Of a DNA stretch of 36,294 nucleotides, positions 25,556 to 34,581 are shown in pieces (within the stretch, counting starts at the first letter, position 1; every line of letters starts with the position of its first letter). The stretch spans positions 528 to 36,821 of the forward strand of contig VBJP01000005.1 of the NCBI GenBank assembly GCA_005880165.1, given 5' to 3'. The position numbers were made by a program, and so were the translations under genes. The stretch is from Chloroflexota bacterium (GTDB lineage Bacteria > Chloroflexota > Limnocylindria > QHBO01). The notes below the pieces were generated by a model. It did no database searches, was not told where the DNA came from, and saw only the letters and a list, made by a program, of their open reading frames with translations.

Positions 25556-28204
25556 TCAGTCCGCCCGGGCATACGCGATCACGGCCTCGGACCGCATCGA
25601 GCGGCCCACTTCGAGCGCTCGTTCGACGGCTTCGTCGCCGATGGCGGCGCGCGCGGCCCCGACCGGGTCGCCTACCAGCCGCGCGGTGGCGGGCGGCCTG
25701 ACGGCTCCGGACGCCTCGCGGGCCGCCGTGGCCGCGCCCCACAGTGTTGCGACGCGCTCGTGGCGGCCCATCTCCCCTTCGACAGCCGCCACCAGGAGGA
25801 GGGCACCGTTGATCACGAGATGATTCCCGGCGGACAGGGCGAGATCGATGGACCGGAGGTAGAGCGCCTTGGCACCCTGCTTGTCCCCGATGAACCGGCG
25901 ACCATTACCCAGGACGATCATGGCCTCAATGGTCTCCCATCGATCGCCCACCTCCTCCGCCAGCGCCGCCGCACGCTGCAACACCGGAAGCGCGGTCGGT
26001 ACATCGCCCCGCGCGATGGCCGTGACCATTCCGAGTCCACGCAGGGCTTTGGCGGACCCCCTCCGATCTCCCAGCTCTTCAGCCACGCGCTGACTCTTTT
26101 CGAAGAGCTCGGCCGCTTGGTCCGGGTCCGCGTCGCCGCGCAGCACCGCACTCCACAGCAGCGCAAAACCGAGGTTGTAGAGACCTTCCATCTCGGCCGG
26201 TCGGTCTCCGCTGCCCTTAACGAGGGGTAGCGCCTCCTCGGCATGCGTTCGCGTTGCCGCGTGGTCGCCGTCCCACCAGGCCAACCCGCTCGCAGCGCCC
26301 AGCGCCTTGCCGCGCACCACCGGCAAAGAACCGGGAAGCGCGAGCAAACGGTCCAGCAGTCCGCGGCCCTCCCACATCGGTCCTCGCTGCTGCCAGTACC
26401 GCGAGAGCGCGGTGGCTGTCCGGAGACCGATGTCGGCCCGCTGTGCCTCGACGGCCCAGTCCAGTGCCCGCCGCAGGTTGGGGACTTCGCCTTCGCATCG
26501 GTCCAGCCAGACGGCCTGCTCCTCTCTGGTCAGGTGAGGCTCTGCTTCCTCCGCGAACGCCAAGAAGAACTGCGCCATCCGTTCGTGGGTGGCATCGGCG
26601 TCGAAATCGGTCCGGAGCCGGTCGGACGCGTATTCCAGGATCGTCTCGAGCATGCCAAAACGGGGCTCCCCGTCGGGTGCCTCACGCAGTCGGACGAGGC
26701 TCTTGCCGACGAGCGCATCGAGCCGCTGCAGCACTGGGATGCCTCGCCCTTCGCCCTCGGCGACCGCCGAGGCGCCTTCCAGCGAACAGCCCGCGGGGAA
26801 GACCGAGAGTCTCGCGAAAAGGCCGCGTTCCGGCTCCTCGAGCAGGTCATAGCTCCATTCGATGGCCGCTCGCATCGTCATCTGCCTCTCCGGTCGCCCT
26901 CGCGAGGATGAGGTCAGGAGCGGGAGTCGCCGGTCGAGACGGGTGACGATCGCCTCCGGGCTGAGGATGCGTATCTGGCCCGCGGCCAGTTCGATGGCCA
27001 GCGGCAGGCCGTCGAGCCGGGCGATGATGTCGGCAACTGCCGCTGCGTGCGCATCGGTCAATTCGAAGGCCGGTCGAACGGATCGAGCGCGTTCGACGAA
27101 CAGGGCAACCGCCGCAGAGCTTGGCTCGCCGCTGATCTCGAAGGGCTGGAGGTCGAACTCCTGCTCTCCGTACATGCCCAGTGGCGTGCGGCTGGTGACG
27201 AGGATGCGCAATCGCGGTGCCACTGCGAGCAGGCCGTCGACGACTGGAGCGCCCTGGATCACCTGTTCGAAGTTGTCGAGGACAAGCAAGAGCTCCCGGT
27301 CGCGGAGGTGGGCGCGTACGGCGGTCAGCGCGTCGCCGCCCGGATCGACGCGGGCACCCAGCGCCTGCGCGATCGTCAGGGGAATGAGCACCGGGTCGCG
27401 GATGGGTGCCAGATCGACGAAGAACGCGCCATCGGCGTGCTCGGTGAGGAGGTCCGCGGCGACCCTGAGCGCGACCCTGGTCTTCCCCGTTCCGCCGGCT
27501 CCCGTGAGCGTGACGAGCCGATGTGAGCGCACCAGCTCGGTCACCGCCGCCAGCTCCCGCTGCCGACCAACGAAGCTGGTCAGCTGTTCGGGCAGGTTGC
27601 CGGGATGGACGTCGATCGTCTTGAGCGCGGGAAAGTCCGAAGGCAGCCCTTCAATCTCCAGCTGCGAAATTCGTATCGGTGCCTCGAAATCCTTGAGCCG
27701 ATGGAAACCGAGATCGCGGATGCGCATGCCGGGCGGGAGGGATGGCTCGATGAGCGCGCGGGTCGAATCGGAGAGGAGCACCTGCCCGCCATGGCCGGCG
27801 GCAGCGATGCGTGCCGCCCGGTGGACGTCCAGCCCCACATAGCTGTCGCCGCCGCGTCGTCCCTCGCCCGTGTGCAGGCCCATGCGGACCCTGACGGTCG
27901 CTCCCTCCGGCCACTGCTCCTCGGCCAGCGCGCGTTGCGCGGAAGCGGCTGCGGCCAGGGCATCGGTCGCGGAGGAGAAGGCCACGAAGAACGAGTCGCC
28001 TTCGGTGGTGATCTCGATTCCTGCGCTGTCGCGGATCGCGGACCGCATGATGTTCGAATGCCGGTCCAGCAGATCCGCATAGCCGTCCGCCAGCTGGGTC
28101 AGGATGCGCGTGGAGCCTTCGATATCGGTGAACAGGAACGTCACCGTACCGGTCGGTAGTGCTCTCCTGGTTGATGCTCTCTTGGGCGCGAGAGGCATGG
28201 CCAC
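25556..28204 (-). CDS. Class III cyclase-like domain / NB-ARC (AfsR-type) STAND ATPase / TPR repeat protein (882 aa)
   Basis: Cyclase motifs VTFLFTDIEGST, ITTEGDSFFVAF and GLDVHRAARIA. Walker A TGAGGTGKTRV and Walker B LLLVLDNFEQV. TPR-like C-terminus. Start is GTG 28204 or ATG 28198. Confidence 0.85.
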   Translation of the reverse strand: MAMPLAPKRASTRRALPTGTVTFLFTDIEGSTRILTQLADGYADLLDRHSNIMRSAIRDSAGIEITTEGDSFFVAFSSATDALAAAASAQRALAEEQWPEGATVRVRMGLHTGEGRRGGDSYVGLDVHRAARIAAAGHGGQVLLSDSTRALIEPSLPPGMRIRDLGFHRLKDFEAPIRISQLEIEGLPSDFPALKTIDVHPGNLPEQLTSFVGRQRELAAVTELVRSHRLVTLTGAGGTGKTRVALRVAADLLTEHADGAFFVDLAPIRDPVLIPLTIAQALGARVDPGGDALTAVRAHLRDRELLLVLDNFEQVIQGAPVVDGLLAVAPRLRILVTSRTPLGMYGEQEFDLQPFEISGEPSSAAVALFVERARSVRPAFELTDAHAAAVADIIARLDGLPLAIELAAGQIRILSPEAIVTRLDRRLPLLTSSSRGRPERQMTMRAAIEWSYDLLEEPERGLFARLSVFPAGCSLEGASAVAEGEGRGIPVLQRLDALVGKSLVRLREAPDGEPRFGMLETILEYASDRLRTDFDADATHERMAQFFLAFAEEAEPHLTREEQAVWLDRCEGEVPNLRRALDWAVEAQRADIGLRTATALSRYWQQRGPMWEGRGLLDRLLALPGSLPVVRGKALGAASGLAWWDGDHAATRTHAEEALPLVKGSGDRPAEMEGLYNLGFALLWSAVLRGDADPDQAAELFEKSQRVAEELGDRRGSAKALRGLGMVTAIARGDVPTALPVLQRAAALAEEVGDRWETIEAMIVLGNGRRFIGDKQGAKALYLRSIDLALSAGNHLVINGALLLVAAVEGEMGRHERVATLWGAATAAREASGAVRPPATARLVGDPVGAARAAIGDEAVERALEVGRSMRSEAVIAYARAD

Positions 28205-28345
28205 ACTCGGTACGCGTCATGCACAGTCTGGCACGCGATCGCGGTCAAACACGAGGTGGGAAACTTGGGTGAGAGTCAGCCTGGCGAGTGACTTGCACTC
28301 CGAGCTTGTCGCGGACTCGCGACTTTAGAGAGTTGGGATGGGGCC

Positions 28346-28846
28346 ATGAACGAATTGGTTCTCGAGGCGCTGCGCCACAACACCTGGGCGACCAAGCGCC
28401 TGCTCGAGTCTTGCCGAAGCCTCCAGGACGACCAGCTGTCGTCTGCCGGGATCGGAACCTACGGCGGCATCTTGGCCACCTTCCACCACATCATCCGAGC
28501 GGAGGCGGGTTACGTGTCGCGCATCCTCGGAATTCCCCGTTCCGCGTTGGCGAGCAGCGATAGCACGGACTTCGATGTGCTGGACTCGCCTGTCGAAGAG
28601 ACGGCAGGCCTCTGGGAGCAGTACCTGGCCCAGCCGGTCGACGCCGAACAATTCCTCATTCTCGACGAGGGGAAGTACCAGGCGCCCGCCAGCGTGCTCG
28701 TCGCGCAGGCGCTCCACCACGGGAACGCGCATCGCGAGCAGGTCTGCTCCATCCTCACCGGGCTTGGAATCGAGCCGCCGGACGTCCAAGCCTGGGCCTG
28801 GGCCGATGCAACTGGCCGCGGCCGTGAACGAAAGCCCGACGGCTGA
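28346..28846 (+). CDS. DinB-fold (DinB_2 / mycothiol-transferase-like) protein
   Basis: LRHNTWATKRLLESC...HIIRAEAGY...ALHHGNAHREQV shows the His triad pattern typical of the DinB fold. Confidence 0.7.
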   Translation: MNELVLEALRHNTWATKRLLESCRSLQDDQLSSAGIGTYGGILATFHHIIRAEAGYVSRILGIPRSALASSDSTDFDVLDSPVEETAGLWEQYLAQPVDAEQFLILDEGKYQAPASVLVAQALHHGNAHREQVCSILTGLGIEPPDVQAWAWADATGRGRERKPDG

Positions 28847-28849
28847 GAC

Positions 28850-29104
28850 TTAGGGGTTTCTCTCCCCGCGCGGCAGGCGTTCCGCATGACCGTCGGCCAC
28901 AAGTCGCCCATAGGCCTCGACGGCAGTCTCCCCAGTCGCCTGGAAACGCAGGTCGAAATTGTCCGCTCTCACGACGGCAGTGACCTCAACGTAACCATCG
29001 GCGATTGGTCGGAGGGACAGCCTGCGGACTCTCAGGCTCCCGCCGAGGTGACGCTGAAGGTCCGCTCGCAGCGCCTCCTCGAATCGCGCCTCTGCCTCGC
29101 TCAC
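28850..29104 (-). CDS. Small hypothetical protein (84 aa)
   Basis: GTG start at 29104 with GAGGG 6 nt upstream. I recognise no family. Confidence 0.45.
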   Translation of the reverse strand: MSEAEARFEEALRADLQRHLGGSLRVRRLSLRPIADGYVEVTAVVRADNFDLRFQATGETAVEAYGRLVADGHAERLPRGERNP

Positions 29105-29388
29105 CTGCGACCCTCAATGATTTACCGAACGTTATGACGGCGGCGCCGCGCGTCAAGGTGCACCAATGCTCATGCGATGATCGCGGACAGACCCCCCGAA
29201 AGCATTTCGCCTGAGGTCGGTGCTCGCGTGGGAGGGCCTAGGCGAAAACACCGCAGTTTTACGCAGTCGCAGATTCTGGTGCGTCGGGTTGGCGGGCGAC
29301 ACGTGTCACCCCAATCGACCGCCCGACCCTGCCAGACAGTCTGGCGAGCCGCATATAGGCCCAGCCGGCCCTGACCACACCGCCCGCG

Positions 29389-30228
29389 CTATTTCACGCT
29401 GCCCGCGAAGAGCCCTCGCACGTAGAACCGGTTGAGAACGACGAACAGCACCAGCGGCGGCAGAATGGCCAGCAGCGCCCCGGCGCTGATGACGTCCTGC
29501 CGCGCCAGATGGGCTGATTGCAGGTTGGCGATCCCCACAGTCAGCGGCTGATGCTCCTGGTCGAGAAGGGTCAGGCCCAGCAAGAGATCGTTCCAGACAA
29601 AGACGAAGTCAATGATCGCAAAGCTCACGATGCCGGGCAGCGCCAACGGCAGGACGATCCGTCGGAACTCGTCAAGGTGGCCGGCCCCATCCACCTGCCC
29701 GGCCTCGGTTAGCTCGCGGGGCACGGAGGCGAAGAACCCGCCGAGCATGAATACCGCCCAGCCCAGACCAAATCCGGTGTGGACCAGAACCATGCCCAGG
29801 AACGGCTGCCACGACCCCTCGCTGAAACCGAGGGCGCGGAACCAGGGCAGCAGCGGAATCAGGATGATCTGAACCGGCACGATCATGGTCGTGATCAGGA
29901 GGAAGTAGAGCAGCCCCCGGCCGCGGAAGCGCATCCGCGTGAAGGCGTACGCGGCCAACGCACCAACGGCGACGGTCGAGGCCACCGAAAAGCCGGTGAT
30001 GATCAGGCTGTTCATCGTCTTGCCGGCCAGCCCGGCCTCCTGCCAGGCGCGACCGAAGTTGTCGAGGGTGAGGCTCGCGCCGGCGAGGTTCCACCAGCCC
30101 TCGCGAATTTCAGCGAAGGGGCGCACGGCAGTCATCACGACCGTCATCACTGGCACCAGCCACACGATCGAGAGCAGGGTCAGTACGGCGTAGATGGCAG
30201 CCGTGCCAAGCCACCTGGGACGCGCCAT
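29389..30228 (-). CDS. Carbohydrate ABC transporter permease (MalG/CUT1 type)
   Basis: Six predicted TM helices. EAA loop ELTEAGQVDGAGHLDEFRRIVLPLALPG. Confidence 0.9.
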   Translation of the reverse strand: MARPRWLGTAAIYAVLTLLSIVWLVPVMTVVMTAVRPFAEIREGWWNLAGASLTLDNFGRAWQEAGLAGKTMNSLIITGFSVASTVAVGALAAYAFTRMRFRGRGLLYFLLITTMIVPVQIILIPLLPWFRALGFSEGSWQPFLGMVLVHTGFGLGWAVFMLGGFFASVPRELTEAGQVDGAGHLDEFRRIVLPLALPGIVSFAIIDFVFVWNDLLLGLTLLDQEHQPLTVGIANLQSAHLARQDVISAGALLAILPPLVLFVVLNRFYVRGLFAGSVK

Positions 30229-30231
30229 CGG

Positions 30232-31142
30232 CTACGCCTCCGCCTCGCGGAGCAACGACCGAAGGTAGGGATAGGCGCCGACCACCATCAGCCCGCTGAG
30301 CAACACGGCGGGATGGCGACGACCTCGGTGTCGGTGCCTGGTCCGCCGTTGGTCGTCACCCACACGACGTCGAAGGTGCGCAGCGCGTAGATGACGAAGA
30401 CGACCGCAACGATGACCATTGCCGGTCGCAGTGAGGGAACAACGATGTGGCGCACCACCTGGAAGGCGTTGGCCCCCTCCACCCGCGCGGCCTCGACCAG
30501 CTCGGGATTGAGCGCGGTAAGGCCCGCGGTAAAGCTGATCACCCCGAATCCGGTCAGCGCCCAGAATGCCGGGGCGATGACCGTCAGGTTGACGAGTGGA
30601 ATCTGGGTGATGCCCAAGGACAGAGAGCCAACGTCGGACAACCACTCGCCGAGGCGCAGATGCAGCGGCCCGAGGTCGAGCCTCGCACCATCGAGGCCGA
30701 CCACGCCAATCGCCGCCGAGAGGGCCCCGAAGTCGGGGTTGTAGACAAGCGCCCAGAGGACCCCGGCTGCCGTCAGCGAGACGGTCATGGGCAGCACGAA
30801 GACCGTGCGGAAGATCCGCGCCGCGCGAGCGGTCTCCCAGACCAAGACGGCAACCGCCAGGGAGAAGGCGGTCGTGACGATCGGGAAGATGACGAGCCAG
30901 ATGAGCGTGTTGCGAACGGCGTTCCAGAACCGACCGTCGCCGAGCACCTCGAGGTAGTTCCCCAGACCGACGAACTGCCAGCGGCCCGGGTCGACCACCG
31001 TCCACGGCGACAGTACGCTCCAGCGGAAGAAGCTCGACAAGATCGTGTTGAGCGCGGGCCACAGGTAGAAGAGGGCGAAGGCGGCCAGCGCGGGCAGCAG
31101 GAAGAGGTAGGGTACCGCCCGCGCGCGACCGGCTTGCTGCAT
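30232..31142 (-). pseudogene. Carbohydrate ABC transporter permease (MalF/CUT1 type); frame broken at about 30304-30315
   Basis: ORF 30288..31142 carries the EAA loop ELVEAARVEGANAFQVVRHIVVPSLRP and runs to TNGGPGTDTEVVA. The last TM helix and C-terminus (AVLLSGLMVVGAYPYLRSLLREAEA*) lie in another frame and end at 30232, 3 nt before the next ATG. Confidence 0.8.
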
Positions 31143-31156
31143 GGCTCGACCGGAGG

Positions 31157-32467
31157 TCAGCCGCCCGCGCCGCTGCTCGCGTCCACCATCGCCTTGATGA
31201 AGGCGTTCACGTCGTGGGTCTGGATCAGCTTCTTGAGCTCCTCGCGCTCGACGGTCTGCACCTGGCCTCCGATCGCGTCGTCGAGATCGTAGACCGCTGT
31301 CCCCTGGCTGAACAGCTTGGCGGCCTTGCGGTCATTGTCGGTGGGGTAGACGGATGGATCGGTCTTGGCATTGGGAGCGATGAACCCGCCGAGCTTCGCC
31401 CAGATGGCCTGCGCATCTGCCGAGCCGAGGTACTCGGCGAAAGCCTTGGCGGCACTCGGGTTCTTCGTAGCTTTGGCGACCGCGAACAGGTCGCCGGAGA
31501 CGAAGTGCACGTCGCTGAAGGCGGGGTTCGGTGCCGGCATCTCGAAGAAGGTGTAGTCCTTTTTCGGATCGAGGTCCTTGCCACAGTTGGCGGGCGTGGT
31601 CAGGTTGACGAATGCGCCCTGGTTCTGGAAGACCGCCTTCTTTTGGCTGGCCCATTCGCAGTTGGCATCGGTGAAGCCGATGTCGAGGGCGTTGGACGGG
31701 AAGTAGCTCTTGACGAAGTCGCTGAAGGTCTGGAAGGCCTTGACCACGTCCGGGTCGTCCCACTTCACGGATCCGTCGATCAGCCCGTTGAACTTGTCTG
31801 CCCCCGCGACCTTGGCCAGAAATGCGTCGCTCCACTGGGTCGGCACCCAGACGTCTTTGGCACCTACCGCGAACGGTGCGTACTTCCCACCTGACTTGAT
31901 CTTGTCGAGCGCCGCGGTGAAATCGCTCCAGCTGGAGGGGTCGCTGATGCCTAGCTGCTGCAGTACGTCGTTGCGGTGCCAGATCAGGGCGTTGACGTTG
32001 CCCTTGAAGAAGACGCCGTAGGCGTGACCGCTGTACGAGCCGATCGTCCGGATCGAGGCGGAGTATTCGCTGTCGCTGACCCACTTGTCCCACACGTCAT
32101 CGAGTGGCATGAGCAGATCCTGCTTGGCCAGCGTGTGAATCAGCCCGGGCAGGACGCTCACCACGTCTGGCGGACTGCCGGCCGAGAATTGCTGAATCAT
32201 CTGCGAGTTCAGATCATCGAAGGGGACCTGTACGAGGGTCACCTTGACTCCGGGATTGGCCGTGCTGAAGCCGGCGACGACCTGCTTGAAGGCGTCACCC
32301 TCGGCCCCGGCCCAGGCATGGACAACCCGGATCTCGCCGGAGAGCGCCGCGGCAGATCCTGCCGGGGCCGTCGACGCACCGTTGCCCCCGCTGCAGGCGG
32401 CGAGCACAAGGGTCAGGGCGATGGTCGCCGCAGTGACCGCCTTGCGGCCGAATGGTTGGCGCGCCAT
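31157..32467 (-). CDS. ABC transporter sugar-binding lipoprotein (solute-binding family 1)
   Basis: Signal peptide with LVLAAC lipobox. GGAGG lies 8 nt upstream of the ATG. The length and composition fit a CUT1 solute-binding protein. Confidence 0.85.
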   Translation of the reverse strand: MARQPFGRKAVTAATIALTLVLAACSGGNGASTAPAGSAAALSGEIRVVHAWAGAEGDAFKQVVAGFSTANPGVKVTLVQVPFDDLNSQMIQQFSAGSPPDVVSVLPGLIHTLAKQDLLMPLDDVWDKWVSDSEYSASIRTIGSYSGHAYGVFFKGNVNALIWHRNDVLQQLGISDPSSWSDFTAALDKIKSGGKYAPFAVGAKDVWVPTQWSDAFLAKVAGADKFNGLIDGSVKWDDPDVVKAFQTFSDFVKSYFPSNALDIGFTDANCEWASQKKAVFQNQGAFVNLTTPANCGKDLDPKKDYTFFEMPAPNPAFSDVHFVSGDLFAVAKATKNPSAAKAFAEYLGSADAQAIWAKLGGFIAPNAKTDPSVYPTDNDRKAAKLFSQGTAVYDLDDAIGGQVQTVEREELKKLIQTHDVNAFIKAMVDASSGAGG

Positions 32468-32485
32468 GTTCTGGGCCTCCCATCT

Positions 32486-32505
32486 TGTCTAGACTAGTCT
32501 AGACA
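32486..32505. promoter_or_regulatory. Perfect 20-bp palindromic operator candidate
   Basis: TGTCTAGACTAGTCTAGACA is its own reverse complement. It lies 5 nt upstream of the binding-protein SD, in the divergent region shared with the regulator gene. Confidence 0.6.
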
Positions 32506-32619
32506 GCGAACCTACTCCGATGGCCACCCAGCGTCAAATGGCAACGGGCGATCCGGAAGTGGAATCTCTCGCCACCGAGCAGCGGCCCGTGCAACTCGCG
32601 GTCTATACTGCGGGCCGAG

Positions 32620-33753
32620 ATGAGCACAACGCACCGCATCCCCCTTCATCGGCGGATCGCTGAGGCACTCGAGTCCGACATTCGGGGCGGGAGCTTTGCG
32701 CCGGGGGCCCGGTTGCCTGCCGAGCCCGAGCTTGCCGGGCGCTTTGGCGTTAGCCGCGGAACGGTCCGGCAAGCCCTTGGCACGCTGCGTGAGCGCGGCG
32801 TGCTAGAGGCGATCCCCGGACGCGGCAGCTTCGTGACCAGCGGCCGTCCCAGCCGACCCGAGACCCGGCGCCGGGTGATCGGCGTGATCGTGCCCTCGGT
32901 CGCCGAGCCATACGTTCCCGACCTGCTGGGATGGATCGAGGACGAGCTGCACGCTCGCGGCTATTCGATGCTGGTCGGCAGCAGCGGTTCGACGCGCGAG
33001 CAGCAGGCCGGCCGCATCGCCCGCATCCTTGAGGAAGGGGCCGCTGGCCTGATCGCCTACCCGATCGACTACGATCCCGATCCGGCGCTCTTCGCGCACC
33101 TCGTCCAGTCGGGGTTCCCGGTACTGCTCATCGATCGGCACCTGGTTGGCCTGGCGATCGACTCGGTGCTGCCGGACAATCTCGGCGGCGCCTACTCCGC
33201 GGTGTCCCACCTGGCCGAGCTGGGACATCGGCGCATCGGCTTCCTGTCGACCGACAACCTCAGTACCACCTCGGTGGCCGAGAGGCTCCAGGGCTACCAG
33301 CAGGCGCTCGTGGCACACGGCATCCCGTTGGATGACCGGCTCATCTGGGCGGAGATCCCCCTTCGGCGGCGCTGGCCGCGCGAGGTCCGGGCTCAGAACG
33401 AGGTGGCGCTGATCGCGCGCCACGTCGCGCGAGAGCAGCCAACAGCGATCTTCACCCTGCACGACGGGCTGGCGAGTGACGTACTCGATGCGGCTGGATC
33501 ACTGGGGCTTCGCGTCCCCGACCAGCTCGCGATCGCCACCTTCGATGACGACCCGCCAGCCAGCCAGCTCTCGGTCCCGCTGACCGCCGTGGCCCAGCCG
33601 CGCGAGCAGCTCGGCCGTCAAGCCGTGAGCTTGATCGTCGATCGCATCGAGGGGCGGCGCACGGAAGTGGCGCGCATCGTGCTGCCGACCAGGCTGGTGC
33701 TCCGCCGCTCGAGTGGCGGGCAGGTCGCATTCGCAGGCGAATCGACCGCCTGA
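32620..33753 (+). CDS. AraR-like chimeric regulator: GntR-type winged HTH + LacI/periplasmic-binding-protein sugar-binding domain
   Basis: GntR head: LPAEPELAGRFGVSRGTVRQALGTLRERGVLEAIPGRGSFV. LacI-type core: VIGVIVPS...GLIAYP...VLLIDR...IGFLS...AIFTLHD...IATFDD. Confidence 0.8.
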   Translation: MSTTHRIPLHRRIAEALESDIRGGSFAPGARLPAEPELAGRFGVSRGTVRQALGTLRERGVLEAIPGRGSFVTSGRPSRPETRRRVIGVIVPSVAEPYVPDLLGWIEDELHARGYSMLVGSSGSTREQQAGRIARILEEGAAGLIAYPIDYDPDPALFAHLVQSGFPVLLIDRHLVGLAIDSVLPDNLGGAYSAVSHLAELGHRRIGFLSTDNLSTTSVAERLQGYQQALVAHGIPLDDRLIWAEIPLRRRWPREVRAQNEVALIARHVAREQPTAIFTLHDGLASDVLDAAGSLGLRVPDQLAIATFDDDPPASQLSVPLTAVAQPREQLGRQAVSLIVDRIEGRRTEVARIVLPTRLVLRRSSGGQVAFAGESTA

Positions 33754-33756
33754 CCG

Positions 33757-34581
33757 ATGACCGTCCTCACGATCGCCATCTCGCAGACGGCACCGACGGT
33801 CGGCGATATCCAGCGCAATCTCGCCGACGCCGAGGCGCGCATCCGCGGGCTCGCCGGCCGCGCGGATCTGGTCGTCTTCCCCGAGCTCTTCACGACCGGC
33901 TACCGCCTCAACGGCATGGACCACGCAGCCCTGGCCGAGCCGATTCCCGGCGGCCCCTCCCTGTCGCGCCTGGCCGACGCCGCAGCCGCAGCCCGAACGG
34001 CGGTGATCGGCACCCTGCTCGAGCACGACGGCACGGCGGTATACGACACCGCCATTGTCATTGACGCCAGCGGCGCGCTGGTGGGACGCTACCGGAAGTC
34101 GCATCTGTACCCCGCCGAGCGGGCCCACTTCACGCCGGGCGACGGGCTAACGGTGCTGCCACTCGGCGGAGATCTGCGCATCGGCCTGGCTGTCTGCTTT
34201 GAGCACGCCTTCCCCGAGATCTTCACCGAGCTGGCGCTGGCCGGCGCCAACCTGGTCGCGATCCCTTCCGCGGTGCCGGTTGGCTTCGAGCACCTCCTCG
34301 CCCTCCGGACGCGGGCGCGCGCCCAGGACAATCAGCTGTTCGTGGCGGCCGCGAACCTCGTCGGCTTCGACGGCGAGACGCAGTGGTGTGGCGACTCGGT
34401 TGTCGTCGATCCGCGCGGCGATCTGCTGGCTTCGGCCGGATCGTCGGAGGTTGGGGAAATCCTGGCGCGAGTCGATCTGACGCACGTCGAGACGGAGCGG
34501 ACGCGGGAGCCCGCGCTCGCGAACCGCCGTCCCGAGCTGTACGCGCACCTGGCCGCTCAGGGAGGTGCGACGGGCGAGTGA
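33757..34581 (+). CDS. Carbon-nitrogen hydrolase (nitrilase superfamily)
   Basis: E-K-C triad contexts VVFPELF, YRKSHLY and LAVCFEHAFPE. Confidence 0.85.
   Translation: MTVLTIAISQTAPTVGDIQRNLADAEARIRGLAGRADLVVFPELFTTGYRLNGMDHAALAEPIPGGPSLSRLADAAAAARTAVIGTLLEHDGTAVYDTAIVIDASGALVGRYRKSHLYPAERAHFTPGDGLTVLPLGGDLRIGLAVCFEHAFPEIFTELALAGANLVAIPSAVPVGFEHLLALRTRARAQDNQLFVAAANLVGFDGETQWCGDSVVVDPRGDLLASAGSSEVGEILARVDLTHVETERTREPALANRRPELYAHLAAQGGATGE

Noticed and set aside
28308-28323. Hairpin or inverted repeat GTCGCG-GACT-CGCGAC, 22 nt upstream of the DinB-fold gene.
   Set aside because: A 6-bp stem in a GC-rich divergent promoter region is easily chance. I can show no second copy or conservation.
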